Assembly (NCBI RefSeq): GCF_004010195.1
Contig: NC_057753.1
Coordinates: 12,008,570 to 12,072,569, forward strand
Reading direction: 5' to 3'
DNA from: Chiloscyllium plagiosum
Taxonomy: Eukaryota
DNA length: 64,000 nt
The notes beneath the pieces are model-generated. The model saw only the letters and a program-made list of their open reading frames with translations, was not told where the DNA came from and did not search any database. Shown here piece by piece: positions 23,589-35,264 of the stretch (positions are counted from its first letter, which is position 1; each line of letters begins with the position of its first letter). Position numbers and translations under genes: made by a program.

Positions 23589-24128
23589 ATGGCGGTGAAC
23601 GGCGCTGTCCGTGGTGAGGAGAAACGCTACCTGTGCTCCGTGTGCGGGCAGGCCTACAGCCGGTGCTCCGGCCTGTGGAAACACGAGCACAGCCACACCC
23701 TGGAGAAGCTGTGGAAGTGCGACGACTGCGGGAAGGCGTTCGGCTACCCCTCGGACCTGGAGGCCCACCGGCGCTGCCACACCGGCGAGAAGCCGTTCTC
23801 CTGCTCGACGTGCGGGAAGGCGTTCGCCGGCTCGTCCACCCTGGCCATCCACCGGCGGCTGCACACCGGGGAGAGGCCGTTCACCTGCCCCGACTGCGGC
23901 AAGAGGTTCACCCGGTTGTACAACCTGCAGGAGCACCAGCGGGTCCACACCGGCGAGAGGCCGTTCACCTGCTCCGACTGCGACAAGACGTTCACTTGCT
24001 CGTCCAACCTGAAGAACCACCGGCGCGCCCACACCGGGGAGAGGCCGTACTCCTGCTCCGAGTGCGGCAAGGCGTTCACCCGGTCGGTCAACCTGCAAAA
24101 GCACCAGCGGACCCACACGGACAAATAA
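23589..24128 (+). CDS. C2H2 zinc-finger protein, 6 fingers (ZNF-C)
   Basis: ORF 23436-24128 with ATG at 23589 (MAVNGAVRGEEKRYLC). Six canonical fingers. Pyrimidine tract plus CAG acceptor at 23470-23495; AATAAA at 24465-24470. Confidence 0.88.
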   Translation: MAVNGAVRGEEKRYLCSVCGQAYSRCSGLWKHEHSHTLEKLWKCDDCGKAFGYPSDLEAHRRCHTGEKPFSCSTCGKAFAGSSTLAIHRRLHTGERPFTCPDCGKRFTRLYNLQEHQRVHTGERPFTCSDCDKTFTCSSNLKNHRRAHTGERPYSCSECGKAFTRSVNLQKHQRTHTDK

Positions 24129-24589
24129 ACCTCACCAATGTCCCCCCCACCCCCCCCCCCCCCCCCCCAGTGCAAAGTGACAACACATCGAGACTCTGCA
24201 CTGCCGACTGGGTTCGGGGAATCAGTTCAACTTGCTGCCCATCAGCAAATTCACACGGGGGGGGGGGGGAGAGAGTGTGCGTGGAGGAAGTTACCAATCT
24301 GTCCAACCTGTTTGAGACACCCGCGAGTTTGCCAGAACCTAGTCCGATAGGATTCTGCTGTTAATCACAAATAGGACTGAGCCGTATTTCATTTCTTTTT
24401 TGTTGTCGTCTGTTTCTGCAGATGGCAGCCTAGTGTTTGGGGTTAATAATCATGATTAAAAGTCAAATAAATCAGCTTTGTTTTTAAACTGTGTGACGGG
24501 TCTTTTAAATGTTTTGTGAAGGTCTCTTCCCTTTTGAAGGGCTCCCCGTCCTGTGTCATCCTCACCTCCGACAAAAGGGACGAGTCAGG

Positions 24590-25115
24590 AGGGCGAGGGA
24601 ATACTCCCCGCTTGCTCCAGATGGGGTGGTGAGGGGGGCAGCTCTGACAACATTCGAGAAGCTCGACACCCTCCAGGGACAAAGCAGCGCCCCCACTCTA
24701 TTGGCACCACATCTACAAGCATCCGTCCCTCTACCACCTACACTCAGTGTGTACTGTCTACAAGATGCACTGCAAAAACTTAGACAGCACCTTCCCAAAC
24801 CCATGCCCTCTACCATCTAGAAGGACAAGGGGCAGCAGATACATAGGAAGACTGCCACCTTAAACTCCCGCACCCCCCAACACCACCCCCTCCAAGCTCC
24901 TCTCCATTCTGATTTGGAAATGGATCCCTGTTCCTTCATGGTTGCTCTGTCAGAATCCTGGAATTTCCTCCCTCAGGGCATTGTGGGTGAACCCACAGCA
25001 GGTGGACTGCAGTCGTTCAAGAACGCAGCTCACCCTCACCTTCTCTAGGGCAACTAGGGACGGGCAATAAATGCTGGCCAGCCAGCAACACCCACATCCC
25101 ACAAATGAATAAATG
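24590..25115 (+). mobile_element. CR1/L2-group LINE 3' end
   Basis: EYSPLA...AALTTFEKLDTLQ motif; 3' UTR ends gcaataaatgctggcc...atgaataaa. Confidence 0.6.
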
Positions 25116-25671
25116 TTTTTAAAAAAACAAGCATTAAGAGGCTTGTTTCTTAATGAGTTTGAGATGATTTGATCATCTACCTGGGCTGCTTCCCACTCCT
25201 TCTGCTAGCTTACCAGGTGGTACTACCTGTAGCATTTTCCCTTGCTCCTGCCCTGAGCTCTTTATTTTCTTCAGTTCGCCTCCCGTCCTGTCCCATGCCC
25301 TTCCAGAACTCTCATTTCGTCCACGCAGTGCACACTCTGCTGCCTCAGCCCCCGTTCGCGTTACACGTCTGACCAACTGACTTCCGGTGTGAGCTGATGT
25401 TGCTCACGTAATTCTGTCAGTTCTTGACACTGAGAGGAGGGGGAAAGCGGTTTCAACCAGAGAGTGGGGCGAGACTGGGGAATTCTCTACCACGCAAAGC
25501 CAAAATGTTGGATGTTTTCAAGAAGGAGTTCGATGTATAGTTCTTGGGGCCGAAGGGAAACAGAGGGATAAAAGTGGGTACGGATCAACCACGATCATAT
25601 TGGGAGCACTCTTGCTCCTTTGTTCCAGGGTCTTTATGTACCAGCTCTCTTCCCCACGTATTACTCCCTGT

Positions 25672-25965
25672 TAAGTATGCAAGGGAGCTCGCTGAGCTTG
25701 AAGGTTTGTTTTCAGATGTTTCGTCACCATACTAGGTAACATCATCAGTGAGAGTCTCCAGTGAAGCCCTGGTGGTATGTCTGAAGAAACGAAGACCTAT
25801 AAATAGAGAGGCGGGACATACTACCAACGCTTCACTGGAGATTCTCACTGGGTGATGATGTTACCTAGTATGGTGACGAAACATCTGAAAACAAACCTTC
25901 GAGCTCAGCGAGCTTACCTTGCATACTTACCATCAATTTAAGCTACAAATCCTCTCAAAGAAATG
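25672..25965. mobile_element. Penelope-like family C inverted-arm element with hammerhead cores
   Basis: Arms 25672-25790 and 25815-25929 are reverse complements around a TATAAA-containing loop. Core on -: ca CTGATGA t gttacc tagtat ggtgac GAAA ca tc tg (25713-25750). Confidence 0.75.
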
Positions 25966-26394
25966 GATTACACCCCGTCCTTGAGGAAGCAATCCTTCAC
26001 TTCCCTCCCCTTGCAAGTGACTGCCTCACCTCCAAACTCCCTTCACTTCCCAAAGCCCTCAAATGCCTTGTTGCCTCCCAAACCTGCCCCATCATTCCTG
26101 GAGCTCCTAGTTTGAATCAGATTTCCAACCTTGCCACAGCACCAAGACAGCTCTTATTGCAACGACATCCCATGTCAGTGCGGGCAGAGGGAAACTAAAG
26201 CCTGCCGTCCCTCTTGACCTGTTAGCATCCTTTGGCGTGGCCTTGCAGGAGGAATACACACGTTTAAAAAAAAAAAAGATCTTGGAAAAATGCTGCAAGT
26301 CGACCTCTCTTGGGACCTCAAATATTTGTTGTATAATTGTACCAACGATCAACGAGCTCCTGTGAAATCCTTTATTCGTTGTGCACAGAGAGTT

Positions 26395-26950
26395 GATAGA
26401 GTCTTGCAGCATGGCAACAGATCCTTCCATGCAACTCGTCAGTGCTGACCAGGTATCCTAAGCTGAACTAGTCCCATTTGCCTGCGTTTGGCCCATATCA
26501 CTCAACCTTTCCTATTCATGTACCTGTCCGACTGCCTTTTAGATGTTGTAATTGTACCAGCTGCCACCACTTCCTCTGGCAGCTCATTCCATACATGCAC
26601 CACCCTCTGTGTGGAAAAGGTTGCCCCTCAGGTCCCTTTTAAAGGTTTTCTCCTCTCACCTTAAGCTTTTAGTTTTGGACTCCCCGACAACTGGTGGAAA
26701 ATTACCTTATCATGCCTCTCATGATTTTATAAACCTCTGGAAGGTTACCCCTCAGCCTCTGACATTCCAGGGACGTGTCCAAGCCTATCCAGCCTCTCCT
26801 TATAACTTATACCCCCTCCAGTCTCGGTAACATCCTTGTAAATCTTTTAATGCACCCTTTCCAGTTTAGTAACATTCTTCATATTAGCAGACGACCAAAA
26901 CTGTACACGGTACTGCAAAAGTGGCCTCACCAGTGTCCTGTACACAGTCA
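26395..26950 (-). mobile_element. CR1-type LINE 3' fragment
   Basis: Reverse complement of the CR1 3' motifs. Confidence 0.8.
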
Positions 26951-26974
26951 GTGCACCTTAGTGCTCTCTCTCTC

Positions 26975-28300
26975 TCTTAGTGTGAATATTCTTGTGCATC
27001 GGCATATTGATAGCAGTGAATCTCTTGCCACACCTTTGGGCAGGAGAACAGCCTCTCCCTGGTCTGACTGTGCCAATTCACCTCCAGCTCAGACTGGAAT
27101 CTGAATTCTTCCTCATAGTTTCCACGTTTCCATGGTTTTCACCTTGAATCGAGTTGAATTAGCGTCATGTACTCAAACGAGTACAGTGAAACGTTTACAA
27201 GTGCCACCTTAGGTACAAAGGTACCTAGCTACAGATTTTTAAGTATAAATTCTGAGGAAAAGAAATAATAGAAAAATAGAGAAATAAAAAGGTCAGCATA
27301 ACAGTCCAGACGAGCACCCAGCCTCCTGTAACTGAAAGAGTTTCCTCCACTTCCTCTCGGCCACAACCTGCACCAGACTCGCCAAAGTAGGCACCTCTTC
27401 TTCCTCAGACAGGAACTTTGGCATGTCTGCAAGGACCCTCGCCAACTTCTACAGATGCCCCGTTGAAAGCGTACAGTCCGGGTGCGTAATGGCCTGGTAC
27501 GGCAACTGCTCTGCCCAGACCGTAAGAAACTACAGAAGGTGGTGTGCACAGCCCGGACCATCACAGAAGCCAATCTTCCATCCACGGATTCCGTTTCCAC
27601 GGCTCGCCACTGCAGAAAGGCTGTCAATATCATCAAAGACCCATCGCACCCCAGGTATGATCTTCTGCAACCTCTTGTGTCAGGCCAAGGGTACAGAAGT
27701 CTGAACACACGCACCAACAGGTTCAAGAACAGCTGCTTCCCAGCCGTCATTGGACCGATGAATGGACTTTCTAGCCACAAATAATGTTGACCTTGTTAAC
27801 GTTGATCCTGCCTAGTGCATGCCCTGTGCAATGGAACCTGTATGCCTCTGTCTTAAGCTCCTTTGAGCTGTACACCCTTGCTCACAATGATCTGCCTGTA
27901 CTGCTCATAAATAAAGCTTTTCAGTGTACTTTGGTACCCATGACAAGAAATCAAGTCACATCTCTACGCTGCTGGGCCCACCACTGCCAAATCCCATGCT
28001 GAACCCACACTCTTGCCTCAATCAGGAGTCCCTGTCTCTGCTGGTGCCTCACCCATAACCAGAAGTCTGCGCTACTGGTCAATCGTGACCAAGAGTCCAA
28101 GATGAAGCCAGGAGTCCCCTCTCTAGGTAATTCACACTGCAGCCAGCTGAAATGGTGATTTTTCTCCCCCCCCTTCGCTTCCGTCGTTAAAAGGTCATTG
28201 ACTCTCGGGTGAGAAAAAGTTGGGCGACTGTTCCAGTGTGACATTTGGCTCAAACTGCAAATTCTTTCCGTCCGACATCCCGGGAAACCGCTGGAAAGCG
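26975..28300 (-). pseudogene. Decayed ZNF paralogue split by a Rex1-like insertion
   Basis: Reverse complement of 26975-27140 reads KPWKRGNYEEEFRFQSELEVNWHSQTRERLFSCPK, then a frameshift, then CGKRFT. Sequence resembling the ZNF 5' module resumes at about 27960-28300, beyond the Rex1 fragment. Confidence 0.65.
27385..27955 (+). mobile_element. Rex1/Babar-type LINE 3' fragment
   Basis: FGMSARTLANFYRC..ES...GC..AWYGNCSA / DRKKLQKVV...IIKDPSHP...T.RFKNS.FP. Confidence 0.8.
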
Positions 28301-28494
28301 ATAGAAAAGGCGAGTGAGAAACTCACAGGAACACAAAAGTGAGTTGAATGAACCTGGTGATTTGTGAGCCTGGTACTCATTAAAAAAAATACTCAAAAAG
28401 GCTGTCAGACTGTGACTGAAACCCAAGTGGTTAGACTGGACCTCTGTGACTACCTAGTCATGCCCCCCCCCCCAACACCCCACCCTCCCTTCCT

Positions 28495-29140
28495 CGGACC
28501 CTTCCCTGCCACCGCAGGTATGGCAAAACCTGCGCCGAAACCTCCCCCCTCACCTCTATCCAAGGCCCCAAAGGAGCCATCCACATCCATCAACGTTTTA
28601 CTTGCACATCCATCAATATCATTTCTTGTATCCATTGCTCCCGATGTGGTCTACTCTACGTTGGGGAGACTGGACGCTTCCTAGCAGAGCACTTTAGAGA
28701 ACATCTTCGGAACACCAGCATCAAATCAACCCCAACGCCCTGTGACCCATCATTTCAACTCCCCCGCCCACTCTGCCGAGGACATGCAGGTCCTGGGCCT
28801 CCTCCACCGACGCTCCCTCACACCCCGACGCCTGGATGAAGAACGCCTCATCTTCCACCTTGGAACACTTGAACCCCATGGCATCAAAGTGGATTTCACC
28901 AGTTTCCTCATTTCCCCTTCCCCCACTTCGCCCCAGCTCCAACCTTCTAGCTCAGCACCGCCCACATGACCTGTCCTACCTGCCTATCTTCCTGCAGGCA
29001 TCGTGCCTCTATTCCTGATGAAGGGCTTTTGCCCGAAACGTCGATTTTCCTGCTCCTCGGATGCTGCCTGACCTGCTGTGCTTTTCCAGCACCACTCTAA
29101 TCTAGACTCTGGTTTCCAGCATCTGCAGCCCTTGTTTTTA
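28495..29140 (+). mobile_element. Penelope-like element 3' end: degenerate GIY-YIG endonuclease plus terminal repeat with hammerhead core
   Basis: FTCTS..CIHCSRCGLLYVGETGR..EHFREHL...HHFNSPAHSAEDM...ERLIFHLGTLEPHGIKVDF, then attcCTGATGAagggcttttgcccGAAAcgtcga at about 29011-29044. Confidence 0.88.
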
Positions 29141-30339
29141 CCTAGATAGGAATCTGGCCTCCAAGGGAGAGACAGGAAGAGTTAAAAGGAGTAGGAGTTT
29201 TTACATTTCTACAACCCATAATAGAACCTCCCAAACCCGCAGCCTGCACCTTACAGAAGGACCAGGGCAGCGTGTGTATGTGAATGTCATCCCCATCAAA
29301 CGCCATCCTACCTTGTCCAACATTCAAGAGTGAACAAGGTACAATCTCCTTCATATCGGGAAGACCAAAGCCAAATGTAGGAACCCCCAAGTGAACGCAT
29401 CTTAGTGAGAATTAGCTTTAAGCTGCAGTTAGAAATGGATGGTTCCAATTTTCTCCATGTTTCAGTGGAGGCAATTTCTGCTCATCCAGTAGCAGACAAG
29501 TCTGGACAGTGTATGACTGGCAGGGTACTTGGAGGGGATGGTTATGGATCTCGCGCCTGGTCCTCCCTAGGCTGCGGAGATTAAGGATTTCGGAGATTCT
29601 TTCAAAGTTCTGATCGAGTTGCATGTAAAGTAAAATCATTTACTTTCCCTCTTGTCTACTCTACTAGCCTCTCTCTTGCGCAGTCACGCTCACTCCTTTA
29701 CTAGGTCTGGGCGCAGCAGAGCTGCCCTATTTGCTGCTATTAACACTTAATCTTTACATCTCTGTCGCTCCTCACTACTTTTAGCACTACCTTTGCCTAT
29801 TGCTCCGGGCACCTTCACCATGTGTTCCACTCACTTCTCCTCTCTCTTTGCCAACAGCGTAAAAATCAACATTTTCCCAGTTCTGAGGAAGGGCCACTCA
29901 ACTCAAAACGATAATTCTGATTTCTCTTCACGGATGCTGCCAGCTTTTCCAGCAACTTCTGTTCTTGTTCCTGATTTACAGCATCCGCAGTTTGTTTGGC
30001 TTTTGTTTTCCCAGTCACTTCAGTTCAGCCGGACTTGAAACGTTAACTCAGTTTCTCTCTCCTCGGACGCTGACGGACCTGCTGAGTTTCTCCAGCACGC
30101 CCTGTTCTTATTTCAGCTTTCCAGCAGCTGCACTGTCCTGTTTTTATCAGGACATTCTTAAACACAGCTGCCAATTCAAATGCGACAAACATGTCGTCTT
30201 CACATTGGAAATTTGAAAAGGTAGAGGCTCCATCAAAAAAAAAGTATTTCTCATGGCACCACCATTGAATCCCTGAAACCTGATGGGACGCCATTCACTT
30301 CTTATATTGTCATTGTAGCAACTTGAGAGCCGTCTGCCA

Positions 30340-30870
30340 TTTTGAGTATAGAAGTTGGGATATTATGTTGAGATTGTATGGAAAGGTGGAGAGGCCTTTT
30401 CTGGAATACTGCATGCAGTTCTGGTCACTCTTTTATAGGAAGGATATTGTTAGACTGAAGAGGGGTTCAGAAAATATTACCAGGATGTTGCCGGGAATGG
30501 AGGGTTTGAGTTGTTAAAAGTAGGCGAGGACTTTTTTCACTGGAGCGTAGGAGGCTTATAACGTGAATGACAAGGGTATTTTCCCCTAAGGTGGGGAGTT
30601 CAAAACTAGGTGGCATATTTTAAAGGTTTAAAAAGAACATGGGGTCAACTTGTTTGACACAAGAGAGTGATTTGTGTGTGGAATGACCTGCCAGAGGAAC
30701 TGGTGGATGTGGGTACAGTTACAGTATTTAAAAGATATTTGGATAAGTACATGAATAAGAAATGTTTGGACCAAGCCCAGGCAGGTGGGACCAGCTTAGT
30801 TTGGGATTACGGTCTACATGGACTGGTTCGACTGAAAGGTCTGTTTCCATGCTGTATGACTCTATGACTG
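30340..30870 (+). mobile_element. CR1-type LINE 3' fragment
   Basis: EYRSWDIMLRLY..RPFLEYCMQFWS. Confidence 0.8.
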
Positions 30871-31059
30871 TATAACTGTGATCAGCTAGTCTGTCCATCG
30901 CACAAGTGTGTGATGTAGTATTGCATTTTCAGTGCTGGCGTGATGCTAGGTTTGAAAGACTGGTCAAATCATATCAAAGACCATGTCCCTTCAGCTGTTG
31001 CAGCTGGCCGGGAACTGACCATATGTAACCAGACTGTGCTTGCAGAACTCAAAACAACG

Positions 31060-31611
31060 CCTCTACTCCCTCAAGACTCTTAAAGAAATTCAGGGTGTCC
31101 ATAAAGACTCTCACCAACTTTTACAGATGCACCACAGAAAGCATTCTGTCCAGATGCATCATGGCTTGGCGTGGCAACTGCTGTGCCCAGGACTGTAAGA
31201 AACTACAGCGAGTTGTGAATACCAGCCCAGTCCATCATGCAGACTAATTTTCCATCCATTGACTCCATCTACATGTCTCATTGCTGCAGAGGCAGCCAAC
31301 ATCATCAAAGACCCCTCCCACCCCGGTTATAATCTCTTCTGACCTCTCACATTGAGCAGAAGACACCAAAGCTTAAACACGAATACGAACCGGTTCAAAA
31401 ACATCTTCCCCGCTTCTGAACGGACCTCTCAAATTTCAAATCCAACGTTGATTTACCTCCTTTCTGCAGCTGTAACTTTGTATTCTTTCGCTCTGTTCAA
31501 ACACCGTTATGATCTTTGTGACTCGATATGTTATGATCTGCTGACTGCATGCAAAACAAAACTTTTCACTGTCCTTCGGTACTTGCGGCAATAATAAATC
31601 AAATCAAATCA
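31060..31611 (+). mobile_element. Rex1/Babar-type LINE 3' fragment
   Basis: Homologous to 27385-27955; ends aataataaatcaaatcaaatca. Confidence 0.78.
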
Positions 31612-31894
31612 GTGTCCAGCATGTGGAGTAATCCTGCAAGTCGACATCATTTGCTAACTAAAGTATTGTTAAGAATTACGCACACAACCAATTTAGAATT
31701 GTCCATCCAGTTTGCAAATAGTGTAACATATGTACTGGAAGTGACATATATGAACATACTGGGGCCAATTCTTTGCATCTACATGTAGAATGCCATCTTC
31801 AACTCAACAAAATAGCAGCCAGTTGCTGGTTGATTTCTCACTAACCAATGAGAGAGAGAGAGATAGAGAGAGAGTGAGTGTATGTGTACAGTAT

Positions 31895-32970
31895 CATAGA
31901 GTCATTGAGATGCACAGCACAGAAACAGACCCTTTAGTCCAACTCATCCATGCCGACATAATCCTAACCTAACCTCGTCCCATGTGCCAGCACTTGGCCC
32001 CTATCCTTCTAAACTCACATACCCATCCAGATGCCTTTTAAATGTTGTAATTGTACCAGCCTCCACCACTTCCTCTGGCAGCTCATTCCGTACACGCATC
32101 ACCCTCTGCGTGAAAAAGTCGCCCCTCAGGTCCCTTTTAAATTTTTCCGCTCCCAGCCTAAACCTATACCCTCGACTTCTGGACGCCCCCACCCCAGGGA
32201 AAAAACTACCTTGTCTATTTACCCTATCCATGCCCCTCATGATTTTATAAATCTCTACAAGGTCACCCCTCAGTCTCTTCACTCCAGAGAAAACAGCCCC
32301 AGCCTATTCAGCCTCTCCTTGTGGCTCAAATTCTCCAACCCTGGCAACATCCTTGTAAATCTTTTCTGAACCCTTTTAGGTTTTACAACATCCTTCCGAT
32401 AGAAGGGAGACCAGGATTGCATACAATATTCCAAAAATGGCCGAATCATTGTAGCTGCAACATGACCGCCCAACTCGTATACTCAATACTCTGTCCAATA
32501 CTGAAAGCATACCAAATGCCTTCTTCACTATCGTGTCTAGCTGCGACTCCACTTTCAAGGGACAATGCACCTGCAATCCAAGGTCTCTTTGTCCAGCAAC
32601 ACTTCCCAGGACTTTACCTTTAAGTGTATAAGTCCTGCTCTGATTTGCTTTTCCAAAATGCAGCACCTCACATTTATCTGAGCTTTTCCAAAATGCAGCA
32701 CCTCACATTTATCTGAATTGAATTCCATCTGCCACTACTCAGCCCATATGATCAAGATCCTGTTGTACTCTGAACTAACCTTCTTCGCTGTCCACTATAC
32801 CACCAATTTTGGTGTCATCTGCAAACGTGCTAACTGTTCCTCCCATGTTCACAGCCAGATCATTTATATAAATGACGGAAAGTAGTGGACCCAGCACTGA
32901 TCACACCACTGGTCACAGGGCTCCAGTCTGAAAAGCAACCTTCCAGCACCACCCTCCGCCTTCTACCTTC
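31895..32970 (-). mobile_element. CR1-type LINE 3' fragment
   Basis: RLRGDLVEIYKIMRGMDRV...FFTQRVMRVRNELPEEVVEA. Confidence 0.88.
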
Positions 32971-33299
32971 ATGGAGTCATAGAACCCCTAAAGTGTGAAT
33001 ACAGGTCATTTGGCCCATTGAGTCCATGCTGACCCTGCAAATAGCTTCCTACCAATACCCACCCCCTACACTATGCATGTAAAACTACATTCTCCATGAC
33101 GAGCCTGCACATCCCTGGACGCTGTGGGTGATTTAGCAAGACCAATCCACCCTAACCTGCATGTCTTTGGATGATGGGGCTGCCTGGGGTTAAAACTTAA
33201 ACAGTGCTGTTGAAACGTTTGCTGCATCCCTGCAGACTTCCAACTGTTTGAAGCTACAGAAGGGAAAGCTCAAAAGTTCCATTGAAATCAGGTATCCAA

Positions 33300-33500
33300 A
33301 TGAGACAGAGTTTCAGCCCGTCTCTGATTGGTTGGAGGACCTGTTGTGCCCACTTGGTCCTCCAGTTCCGCCCAATCACACACGTCGACTGTGATTGGTT
33401 GGGGTACCAGCCACCGCATGGTCCTCCAGCACCGCCCCCTTTCCCTATTGGTTCAATGCTGCCATCAATCAGCTGCCGCCCACTTTGAGATCTGGAGCAT
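33300..33500 (+). promoter_or_regulatory. CCAAT-box cluster homologous to the 17.1 kb promoter (possibly orphaned)
   Basis: ATTGGTTGGAGGACC at 33327-33341, plus cctattgg and gccatcaatca shared with 17095-17241. Confidence 0.6.
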
Positions 33501-33717
33501 GCATAGTGTGGGTCAATGGCAGAGAATGTCGTGTCTGGATTGAATTTTCTGTACTGCAATTGGCAGCTCCCATTTAAACTTTAACAATTAATCCAGTATC
33601 CATTGTCATTTGTGAAACCTCTACTAGTCTGTGTGTAGATGTGGTTCCTAACATTTGAACGGTTTGGACCCAATTCTACAACCCCAACCAGGGGAAATAG
33701 TTTATCTTTTCTGGTTA

Positions 33718-34325
33718 AGCATGCAGGTACAGCAGGTAGTGAAGAAGGCTAATAGCATGCTGGCCTTCATAACAAGAGGGATTGAGTATAGAAGCAAAGA
33801 GGTTCTTCTGCAGCTGTACAGGACCCTGTTGAGACCACACCTGGAGTACTGTGTGCAGTTCTGGTCTCCAAATTTGAGGAAAGACATTCTGGCTATTGAG
33901 GAGTGCAGCGTAAGTTCACGAGGTCAATTCCTGGAATGGCAAGACTACCTTACGCTGAAAGACTGGAGCGACTGGGCTTGTGTACCCTTGAGTTTAGAAG
34001 ACTGAGAGGGAATCTGATTGAGACATATAAGATTATCAAAGGATTGGACACTCTGGGACCATTTAGGACAGAGATGAGGAGAAACTTCTTCACCCAGAGA
34101 GTGGTGGCTGTGTGGAATGCTCTGCCCCAGAGGGCAGTGGAGGTTCAGTCTCTGGATTCATTTAAGAAAGAGTTGGATAGAGCTCTCAAGGATTGTGGAA
34201 TCAAGGGTTATGGAGATAAGGCAGGAACAGGATACTGATTAGGAATGATCAGCCATGATCATATTGAATGGTGGTGCAGGCTCGAAGGGCAGAATGGCCT
34301 ACTCCTGCACCTATTGTCTATTGTT
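33718..34325 (+). mobile_element. Young CR1 3' fragment
   Basis: MQVQQVVKKANSMLAFITRGIEYRSKEVLLQLY...; near-identical to 63012-63435. Confidence 0.88.
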
Positions 34326-34469
34326 AATATCTTAAAGACTTTAGTCAGATCACCCCTTCACCTTCTAAATTCTAGAAAAAATAGGCCTCATTTGTTGCAT
34401 TGAATGGATTCTCAGAACGGGAGCTGGAGACAGACAGAGGAGAGAGGGGAAGAAAACTGGGAATGGGGG

Positions 34470-34720
34470 GGGACACTTTGGCCTGCCCGAAACCTGTTGG
34501 TCTTCCAGAGCAAGGGGTTGACATTGACCGAGTGCTGCAGACTGGCACATTCCAAGGTCCAGGACTACGTGCTGAGAGATGCACTCAAGCTTGGGGTAGC
34601 TGCTGCCAAGGTGCAGTGGGGAAAGGCCACCATCTGAGATCTTTCTGACAAAGTTAAATGGGGGCCCTTTCGGATATTGGACCCTCCCCGTGCCTCAAAT
34701 ATGTGTGAATAATATCTTGC
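34470..34720 (+). mobile_element. Tx1/L1-type ORF2 C-terminal fragment
   Basis: LWPARNLLVFQ...ECCRLAHSKVQDYVLRDALKLG..AAK.QWGKAT*. Confidence 0.6.
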
Positions 34721-35264
34721 ACAAGTCAGAAATTCCTGATGAATAATTTCTGCCCGAAACATTGATTCTCCTGCTCCTCGAATGCTGCCTGACCTGCTGG
34801 GCTTTTCCAGCCCCACACTCTTCGACTAAGAAATGCCTTGGGCTGTTTGGAACTATTAGGAAAGTTGAATTCCAATATTTGTTTAATCTTGGTGTGCTAC
34901 TACTGTACAGTACTGCTCCAGTGATTATGTATGCAAAGAGTTTTATGAATGAAATATATTTTTGAAATGAATCAAAAAAAGGAGAGAGAGAGACAGGAGA
35001 GTGGTGTAATTTCACAGATCAGCAAGGGTTTCAGAGGCAGTTTGTTCCAGGGGAGGGAGAGAAAGCGGCGTAGGCAATTTGACTGGATTGTTTTGATCTT
35101 AGTGTCAAAACTGTTCTGTGAGCCCCTCGCACGTGCTGTTGGCGGTAAGGATGGATGCGACAGGACAGAAAAGGAGCGTTGTGCTAGGCTAGTGATATTG
35201 CATTGGACGCAAATCTGATTTATTTTCACTTTCGTCGAAAAGAATAAATACCAATGAGTGGGCC

